NCBI GenBank assembly: GCA_051942645.1
Contig: JBPVJP010000001.1
Coordinates: forward strand, 1,054,812 to 1,118,811
Source of the DNA: Novosphingobium sp. BL-A-41-H4
GTDB lineage: Bacteria; Pseudomonadota; Alphaproteobacteria; Sphingomonadales; Sphingomonadaceae
DNA: 64,000 nucleotides
Direction: 5' to 3'
Under the pieces are notes generated by a model, which was not told the origin of the DNA, did not search any database, and saw only the letters and a program-made list of their open reading frames with translations. The position numbers and the translations under genes are program-made. How positions within the stretch are numbered: the stretch's first letter is position 1; every line of letters starts with the position of its first letter. This document shows positions 56,878 through 64,000 of this stretch, one piece after another.

Positions 56878-59265
56878 ATGAAGTCGATGCTCCGCGCCTC
56901 GTCGGCCCTGCCCCTGGCAGCGCTGGCCATGGTTGCTTTTGCCGCTCCGGCCTATGCCCAGGACGCGGCTGATGATGAGAATAACCCCGGCGAAATCGTC
57001 GTAACCGCCCAGAAGCGCGCTGAAAACGTCCAGGACGTGCCGGTTGCCGTGTCTGTCCTGTCGGGCGAACGCTTGGCCGATGCCTCGCGTCCGAGCATTG
57101 AAAGCGCCAGCCAGATGGTGCCTTCGCTCAACTTCCTGAAGTCGGGCACCACGCTGAACCAGACGATCTTCCTGCGCGGCGTCGGCACCGCGACCTTCTC
57201 GATCGCGGGCGAACCCTCGGTCTCGACCGTGGTCGACGGCGTGGTCTACTCGCGCTCGGGCGAAGCCTTCTCCGACATGGTCGACGTGGCCCAGATCGAA
57301 GTGCTGCGCGGCCCCCAGGGCACGCTGTTCGGCAAGAACGCCTCGGCCGGCGTGATCAACATCACCACCCAGATGCCGAAGATGGAATTCGGCGGCTCGG
57401 TTGAAGCCAGCTATTTCGATCGGAACGAGTATCGCCTGAAGGGCGCGGTCAACCTGCCGCTGGGCCAGGACCTGGCCGCCCGTTTCACCGCCTTCTACGG
57501 CGAGTATGACGGCAACATTCGTAACGTCACCACCAACGAATGGGTCAACGGCTACAAGCACTGGGGCGTGCGCGGCCAGTTCCTCTACGAACCGAGCGAC
57601 GACCTGCGGCTCTATCTGGCCGCCGACTATTACAAGAACGATGACGATTGCTGCGCCGACATCATCGGCACCGGGCCGCTGACCGGCACCGGCCTGCCGA
57701 GCACGAGCCTGGGCTTCCTTGCCCTGCCCAGCCCGGATGGTGCCAACACCCGCGCCGTCGCCCAGAACCTCGTCACCGCGACCAAGGAAGAAGGCTGGGG
57801 CGTCTCGTTCCAGGGCGATTTCGGCCTTGGCGATCACACCATCACCAGCATCACCGCCTATCGCGGCTGGGACAACACCGAAATCCGCGATGGCGACTGG
57901 CTTGACCGGGCCTACGTCGGCTTCGCCCAGCTCCACGATACCGGGCCGCAGACCTCGACCACGTTCACCCAGGAACTGCGCCTGACCTCGCCCGCCGATC
58001 AGACGCTGTCCTATGTGCTGGGCGCGTTCTACTCGCGCGCGGAATCGGAGCGGACCTTCACCCGCAATGTGACCCAGTGCACCGCCGCAGCCGGTGCGCC
58101 GACCACAGTGCTGGTGCCCTGCGGCAGCGCCTTTGCAAACCCGGCGACCACGCCCTCGGGCTCGGCGACCTTTGGTTCGACCTTCAACAACTTCGCCTTG
58201 TTCGGCCAGGCCACCTACAAGTTCTCGGATTCGATCCGGTTCGTGGCCGGGCTGCGCTACACGCATGACAAGCTGTCGGTATTCCACCGCCGCGTTTCGC
58301 CGCTCACCGGTCCGGGCATCCAGCCGAACTTCGACCAGGGCGTGTACAACGAGTACATCCGCCTGATCGGCCTCGGCACCGCGCCGGGCACCGCCGCGAC
58401 GGCAGCAGCCGCCTTGTCGAACGGGGTTCCGTGGACCAGCGAGACCAGCAACGACAACGTGTCGGGCAAGGCAACGCTGCAGTTCGACCTGAACGACGAC
58501 AGCATGGCCTATGCCAGCTATGCTCGCGGCTACAAGGGCCCGGCCTACAACGTCTTCTTCAACCTCACCGGCACGGGCACCAACGTGATCGAGCCGGAAA
58601 CCTCGGACTCGTTCGAGATCGGTCTGAAGAACACGCTGCTTGACGGCCGCCTGACGTTCAACATCGCGGCCTACTATGCCAAGTACAAGAACTTCCAGGC
58701 CAACAATCCGGACCTGGTGGCCGGCGTGGTAGTCACCCGCTTCACCAATGCCGGCACGATCTCGACCAAGGGCATCGAAATCGACATGAACTGGCGCATT
58801 GGCTCGACCACGAACCTCAGTGCCGGTGTTTCGATCAATGATGCCAAGGTCGTGAACTTCAACGCCCCGCTCGGCACCACGGCGGTGATCCCCGCTGGCA
58901 CCAAGCTTGGCTATGCACCGACCTGGAAGGGTTCCATGGCGCTCGATCACACGATCGAGACGGGCGGCTTTGCCAACATTGCCTTCGGAGCCTCGATGAA
59001 CTTCCAGTCGAAGCAGCTCTCGCTGTTCGCGGCTGACCCGGTGCAGCGCCAGTTCGGCACGATCCCGGCCTATGCCCTTGTCAACGCTCAGGTCGGCATC
59101 GTCGATCCGGACGACAAGTGGAAGCTCACCTTCGTGGTCCGCAACCTGTTCGACAAGGCCTATGCCGCGGCGATCGTAAATGGCGGCGTGGGTGGCTCCT
59201 ATCGCTACCAGATTCCGCGCGATGCGGATCGTTACTGGGGCGTGACCGGCCGGTTCAGCTTCTGA
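56878..59265 (+). CDS. TonB-dependent receptor
   Basis: Signal peptide ...AFAAPAYAQD. TonB box/plug (EIVVTAQKRAENVQDVPVAVSVL). 22-strand barrel region. C-terminal aromatic residue (GRFSF). GGGAGGA SD before ATG 56878. Confidence 0.93.
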   Translation: MKSMLRASSALPLAALAMVAFAAPAYAQDAADDENNPGEIVVTAQKRAENVQDVPVAVSVLSGERLADASRPSIESASQMVPSLNFLKSGTTLNQTIFLRGVGTATFSIAGEPSVSTVVDGVVYSRSGEAFSDMVDVAQIEVLRGPQGTLFGKNASAGVINITTQMPKMEFGGSVEASYFDRNEYRLKGAVNLPLGQDLAARFTAFYGEYDGNIRNVTTNEWVNGYKHWGVRGQFLYEPSDDLRLYLAADYYKNDDDCCADIIGTGPLTGTGLPSTSLGFLALPSPDGANTRAVAQNLVTATKEEGWGVSFQGDFGLGDHTITSITAYRGWDNTEIRDGDWLDRAYVGFAQLHDTGPQTSTTFTQELRLTSPADQTLSYVLGAFYSRAESERTFTRNVTQCTAAAGAPTTVLVPCGSAFANPATTPSGSATFGSTFNNFALFGQATYKFSDSIRFVAGLRYTHDKLSVFHRRVSPLTGPGIQPNFDQGVYNEYIRLIGLGTAPGTAATAAAALSNGVPWTSETSNDNVSGKATLQFDLNDDSMAYASYARGYKGPAYNVFFNLTGTGTNVIEPETSDSFEIGLKNTLLDGRLTFNIAAYYAKYKNFQANNPDLVAGVVVTRFTNAGTISTKGIEIDMNWRIGSTTNLSAGVSINDAKVVNFNAPLGTTAVIPAGTKLGYAPTWKGSMALDHTIETGGFANIAFGASMNFQSKQLSLFAADPVQRQFGTIPAYALVNAQVGIVDPDDKWKLTFVVRNLFDKAYAAAIVNGGVGGSYRYQIPRDADRYWGVTGRFSF

Positions 59266-59292
59266 TCCGGATGGTTTCGACCTGACCAGATT

Positions 59293-59328
59293 GGGGCCTT
59301 CGTCTGCGGACGGAGGCCCCATTTGTTT
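59293..59328 (+). terminator. Rho-independent terminator after the TonB-dependent receptor gene
   Basis: GGGGCCTTCGTC-TGCG-GACGGAGGCCCC (12-bp stem including one GU), followed by ATTTGTTTC. Confidence 0.75.
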
Positions 59329-59345
59329 CAAGCCGCGATGGGGAG

Positions 59346-60587
59346 ATGGCGCGGGTGCAGAAAATCAACAGCCGGCTCAGCTGGACCTTGTTCCTCCTGC
59401 TCTGCGTGGCGGGCGTGTTCAACGCGATGGATCGCCCGATCATCGCGATCCTGAAGCCCGACATGTCGGCCGATTTCGGTTGGACCGATGCCGATTTCGG
59501 CCAGCTGGCTTTCATCACCCAGATGGCTGCGGCCATCTCATTCCTGTTCACCGGTTGGCTGGTCGACAAGCTTGGGGTCTGGCGGTCGATGATCGCGGGG
59601 GTTTCGACCTGGAGCCTCGCCGCCATTGCCCATGGCTGGGCGGTAAGCGCGTGGCACGTGGTGGCCGCTCGCATTGGCCTGGGCGCGACCGAGGCCGTTC
59701 AGACCCCGCTGACGATCAAGACTGTCGCAACCCTGTTCCCGGCCAATCAGCGCAGTTTTGCCTTTGGCGTGGGGACGGCAATCGCCGGGCTGGGCACGTT
59801 GTCGTTGCCGTTCTTCATCCCGATCATCGCTGCCGCCTTTGGCTGGCGCGGCGCTCTGATCTTTGGCGGGGTGGCCGGATTCATCACCCTTGCGTTGTGG
59901 CTGTGGTTTGCCCGGCGCGTTACCTTTGACGATGGCGCCGAAGACGACAACCAGGACTATTCCGACGATGGCGCGCCTTATGGCCCGATCCTGGCCGACC
60001 GACGGACCTGGGCCATTGTTATCGCCAAGGCACTGTCCGATGCCACCTGGTGGCTGATCAATTTCTGGCTGCCCGATTTTTACCGCAAGACCTATGGCCT
60101 CACTACCGAGGAACTGGCCGTACCGCTGGCGATCGCCTTCCTCGGTTCAGGCAGCGGGGCGCTGCTCGCTGGCTGGATCTCCACCCACCTGCTGGAAAAG
60201 GGCTGGAGCCCCAATCGCGTGCGCAAGTCCGTGATGCTCTGTTCGGCTTTGGTCGTGCTGCCCCTGCCGCTGGTACTGCAACTCAACTCGTTCTGGCCCG
60301 TGGCGGTCATGATGGGCGTGGTCATGGCCGGCCACCAGGGCTTCTCGCTTTCGATCTTCTCAACCATTACCGACGTGGTGCCGCGCACCAAGGTTGGCCG
60401 CGTCACCGCTTTCGGTGCCTTCATGGGCAACATGGGCGGGGCATTGATCCAGCTGGTGACCGGTGCGGTGCTGACCGCCGGCCTTGGCTTTACTCCGCTG
60501 TTCATCTTTGCCGCCGTGTCATATCTGCTGGCGCTGGGCTGGCTGCACCTGTTGCTGCCGCTGATCCGCCGCCCCAACGAAGTCTGA
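59346..60587 (+). CDS. MFS transporter, ACS/hexuronate-type (anionic sugar importer family)
   Basis: 12-TM pattern. N-terminal NAMDRPIIAILKPDM motif, typical of ExuT/ACS-like MFS. Alternative GTG start at 59355. Confidence 0.82.
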   Translation: MARVQKINSRLSWTLFLLLCVAGVFNAMDRPIIAILKPDMSADFGWTDADFGQLAFITQMAAAISFLFTGWLVDKLGVWRSMIAGVSTWSLAAIAHGWAVSAWHVVAARIGLGATEAVQTPLTIKTVATLFPANQRSFAFGVGTAIAGLGTLSLPFFIPIIAAAFGWRGALIFGGVAGFITLALWLWFARRVTFDDGAEDDNQDYSDDGAPYGPILADRRTWAIVIAKALSDATWWLINFWLPDFYRKTYGLTTEELAVPLAIAFLGSGSGALLAGWISTHLLEKGWSPNRVRKSVMLCSALVVLPLPLVLQLNSFWPVAVMMGVVMAGHQGFSLSIFSTITDVVPRTKVGRVTAFGAFMGNMGGALIQLVTGAVLTAGLGFTPLFIFAAVSYLLALGWLHLLLPLIRRPNEV

Positions 60588-60600
60588 TCCCGCCACTCCG

Positions 60601-61704
60601 ATGAACCAGAGCGAACCCCGCAAGCCTGTCTCGACAATCGACTGGGACGCCCTGCCCCACGGCGGAGACCTGTTCGGCGAGATGCACCTGGCCGAACAGG
60701 CTGCCCAGGCCGACCGGCCGAAGGACAGCCTGTTCCCCGGGCTGGCCATTTGCGGCGTAGCCGCAGCGGCAGCGGCATGGTTGTCGGAGCATTACGGCTT
60801 TCCGATCATCCTGTTGGGCCTGCTTATCGGGCTGTCCTTGAACTTCATTGCCCGCGATGCCCGGACCCATCCGGGTCTGGACTTTGCCTCGCGCACCTGT
60901 CTGCGGGTGGGGATCGTGATCCTGGGGTTGCAGGTAACGGTCGGGCAGATCACCGCCCTCGGCGCCGCGCCGTTCCTCGCGCTGCTGGTGGTAATGGCCA
61001 CCACGTTCTTCGCCGGAATAGCCGGGGCGCGGCTGGTGACGCAGTCACGCTATGCCGGGATGCTGGCCGGTGGCTCGACCGCGATCTGCGGAGCGAGCGC
61101 TGCGCTGGCACTTTATGGCGTGATCGGCAAGGAACGGCTAAGCCAGGCACAATTCGCACTGACCCTCGTCGGTGTTAGCCTCGCCAGCGCCTTCGCCATG
61201 TCGGTCTATCCCGCGCTGGCCTCCGAACTGCACCTGACCGATCGCCAGGCCGGCTTCCTGATCGGGGCTTCTATCCACGATGTCGCCCAGGCGATCGGCG
61301 GCGGCTATGCCTTCTCCGACGCAGCCGGATCCTATGCCACGATCGTCAAGCTGGCCCGCGTTGCGCTGCTGGCACCGGTAGTGGTGCTGGTCAGCCTGAT
61401 GCTGCGCGACCGGACCGGCGCCTCTGCGGCCCAGCCGCTGTGGAAGCGCTTGTCGCTGCCCTGGTTCATCACCGCCTTCCTCGCGACCGTGGTGCTCAAC
61501 AGCCTGATCACCGTGCCTGAGCCAGTCAGCCACTATGCCCTGGTCGGATCCAAGGGCCTGCTGCTGCTGGCAGTCACCGCCACCGCCATGCGCAGCCGGA
61601 TGGATCTGCTCCTCGACATGGGTTGGCGCGCTACCATCCCGGTCGTGACAGCCACCCTCGCCAGCTTCCTCACCGCTCTGGGCTTTGCGGTGCTGCTGCT
61701 CTGA
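60601..61704 (+). CDS. YeiH/UPF0324 family membrane protein (PSE family, putative sulfate exporter)
   Basis: Polytopic, with a YeiH-like pattern (FPGLAICGVAAAAAAWLSE, ICGASAALA, IHDVAQAIGGGY, KLARVALLAPVV). The N-terminal ~27 aa may be an over-extension. Confidence 0.7.
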   Translation: MNQSEPRKPVSTIDWDALPHGGDLFGEMHLAEQAAQADRPKDSLFPGLAICGVAAAAAAWLSEHYGFPIILLGLLIGLSLNFIARDARTHPGLDFASRTCLRVGIVILGLQVTVGQITALGAAPFLALLVVMATTFFAGIAGARLVTQSRYAGMLAGGSTAICGASAALALYGVIGKERLSQAQFALTLVGVSLASAFAMSVYPALASELHLTDRQAGFLIGASIHDVAQAIGGGYAFSDAAGSYATIVKLARVALLAPVVVLVSLMLRDRTGASAAQPLWKRLSLPWFITAFLATVVLNSLITVPEPVSHYALVGSKGLLLLAVTATAMRSRMDLLLDMGWRATIPVVTATLASFLTALGFAVLLL

Positions 61705-61800
61705 CTTGCCCCGGCCCCGCGATACGGCCTCTCTGCCCCATTGTCGCCTTGGCCCGGCCCGCTTATGGGCCGCGCCAGAGGTTAGTGGAGACATGCCAAA

Positions 61801-63947
61801 ATGACGTTTCGTACCCTTGCCGTTGCCGCATCGTCGCTGGCGATCGGTCTTGCCCTTTCAACGCCTGCCGCCGCCGACGAGGGCATGTGGCTGCCCAGCC
61901 AGATGGCTGAAGTGGCCGCGCAGATGAAGGCTGCCGGTGCCCAGGTTCCGCCGGAACAGCTTGCCGACCTGACCAAGGCGCCAATGAACGCGATCGTCTC
62001 GCTGGGCGGCTGCTCGGCCTCGTTCGTCTCGCCTGAAGGACTGGTGGTTTCGAACCACCACTGCGTCTATGGCTCGATCCAGTACAATTCGAAGCCGGGT
62101 CAGGATTACCTGACCGATGGCTTCCTGGCCAAGACCAAGGCCGATGAAGTCCCCGCCGCCCCCGGCACCCGCATCTTCGTGATCGAGGCCCTGCGCAACG
62201 TCACCACCGACATGCTGAAGGGCGTGACCCCGAAGATGACCGGCCGCCAGCGGTTTGACCGGATGGATGCCAATCGCAAGGGCCTGATCGCGGCCTGCGA
62301 AAAGCAGCCTAACCGCCGCTGCGACGTGCGCAGCTATTTCGGCGGCGAGCGCTATTTCCTGCAGCAGCAGCTCGAGATCAAGGACGTCCGCCTGGTCTAT
62401 GCTCCCGCTGGCGGGATCGGCAATTTCGGTGGTGAGACCGACAACTGGCAGTGGCCGCGCCATACCGGTGATTTCGGGTTCTACCGCGCCTATGTCGGCC
62501 CCGATGGCAGCTCGGCCAGCTATTCCAAGGACAACGTGCCCTATAAGCCCAAGTCCTGGCTGACGATCGCCAAGGAAGGCCTCAAGGACGGCGATTTCGT
62601 GATGCTGGCGGGCTTCCCCGGCAACACCAACCGCTGGCGCATGGCGGCGGAAACCCGCTCGGTCTTTGCCGATCGCTATCCGCTCAACCAGAAGATGCTG
62701 TCCGACTATTCGGACCTGGTGAACAAGCTGACCGCAGGCAATCAGGCTACCCAGATCAAGTACGCCAACAGCGTAAAGGGAGCGGACAACACCAAGAAGA
62801 ACCTGCTCGGCCAGATGTCGGGCGCCGACGCAATCCGCCTGATCGAGACCAAGGAAGCCGAAGAAGCCGCATTCCGCGCCTGGCTGGCTGCCGATCCCAA
62901 GCGGCAGGCCACTTATGGCCCGGCCCTCGCCCAGCTCGACGCGCTGATCGCCGATGGCAACAAGCGCGCCGTCAACGACATCAAGATGGGCCAGCTGGGC
63001 CGCGCCCAGCTGCTCTCGGCGGCCAGCACGCTCTATCGCTGGGCCAAGGAACGCGCCAAGCCCGACGCCCAGCGCGAAGCGGGCTTCCAGGACCGCGATC
63101 GCACCCCGCGCATGGAAGGGCTGAAGCAGATCGAGCGGCCGTTATGACGCCGACGGTCGATCGCAAGATCATGGAATGGGCGCTGGGCCATTACCGTTCG
63201 GTCCCGGCGGGCGAGCGCAACGATGCGCTGCTGGCCAAGCTGGACGAGATCGGCCTCGACAAGCTGTTCGCCGAAACCAGGCTGGGCGACACCGCCACGC
63301 GCCTGGCCTGGATGGACAAGACCCCGGCGGAGTTCGAAGCCTCGACCGATCCCTTCATCCAGCTGGCTGTCGCGGCCTATCCCTACAGCCAGAAGCGGCT
63401 GGAGGAGGACAAGGAGAACGACGGCAAGCAGAACGCCGCCTCGCGCGCGGTGATGGAAGCGCGGATGGCCTGGACCCGCGAACAGGGGAAGTCGGTCTAC
63501 CCCGATGCCAACAGCTCGCTGCGGATCACCTGGGGCCATGTGACCGGCCGCAAGCAGGATGGCGTGGCCTGGAGCGCCTTCACCACTGCCGAAGGCATGA
63601 TCGCCAAGCACACCGGCAAGGGTGAATTCGACGCGCCGGACAAGGCGGTCGAACTGGTGAAGGCCAAGGACTATGGCAACTATGTCGCCCCGGAACTGGG
63701 CACCCTGCCGGTCAACTACCTGTCCACGGTGGACATCACGGGTGGCAACTCCGGTTCGGCCACGCTCAATGCCAAGGGTGAACTGGTGGGCCTCGCCTTT
63801 GACGGCACGCTGGATGGGGTGATTTCCGACTGGCGCTTCAACCCGGCGATCAACCGCACCATCCATGTCGACCACCGCTACATGCTGTGGGTCATGGAGA
63901 AGGTCGATGGCGCGACCAACCTGCTGAAGGAAATGGGCGTCAAGTAA
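61801..63947 (+). pseudogene. S46 family dipeptidyl-peptidase (DPP7/DPP11-like) split by a frameshift near 63130-63147
   Basis: ORF A (61801-63147) has a signal peptide, ADEGMWLPSQ, SNHHC (His) and HTGDFGFYRAY (Asp). ORF B (63144-63947, frame A+2) has TGGNSGSATLN (Ser). Together they total ~715 aa, the normal S46 length. Confidence 0.7.
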
Positions 63948-63960
63948 GCCCCACTTGCCG

Positions 63961-63996
63961 GACCGGAGCTTGCGGAACCATCCGCAGGCTCCGGTC
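63961..63996 (+). terminator. Long hairpin after the S46 gene (window ends before any U-tract)
   Basis: GACCGGAGCTTGCGGA-ACCA-TCCGCAGGCTCCGGTC: 16-bp stem with 1 mismatch. Confidence 0.5.
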
Positions 63997-64000
63997 TGCA

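Overview
This is a 64-kb window from a high-GC alphaproteobacterial chromosome (roughly mid-60s % GC by eye, not computed). Gene content and GC-rich palindromic intergenic repeats suggest Sphingomonadales, but that is an inference.

Layout:
- 18.2-38.3 kb, minus strand: the contiguous str-S10-spc-alpha ribosomal superoperon, running rpsL-rpsG-fusA-tuf-rpsJ...rplQ with secY, adk and rpoA. One accessory SRPBCC gene sits between adk and rpsM. rpmD is absent from the ORF track and was found by hand.
- Left flank: truncated hppA, an S9 peptidase, a coupled GNAT/JmjC-cupin pair, tesB, a serine hydrolase, a methyltransferase and uvrC. Then come a WS/DGAT plus two alpha/beta hydrolases, two tandem paralogous secreted/membrane proteins, and a prolyl oligopeptidase.
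- Right flank, part 1: a beta-CASP MBL hydrolase, then a c-di-GMP/chemosensory locus. It holds a PilZ-XRE fusion, a PAS-degenerate GGDEF, an MCP, a GGDEF-EAL, cheR-B-Y-W-A, and a divergent soluble MCP with inverted domain order.
- Right flank, part 2: the most interesting block. It holds a YihQ-like GH31 sulfoquinovosidase candidate, a LacI regulator, an aldo/keto reductase and an SsuD-family LLM monooxygenase. These sit divergent from a TonB-dependent receptor, an MFS importer and a YeiH/PSE-type putative sulfate exporter. I read this as a variant oxidative sulfoquinovose-desulfonation (sulfo-SMO-like) system.
- Window end: an S46 dipeptidyl-peptidase split by a frameshift.

No rRNA, tRNA, CRISPR array, IS element or prophage was seen. 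Many long ORFs in the track are antisense or alternate-frame high-GC shadow ORFs.
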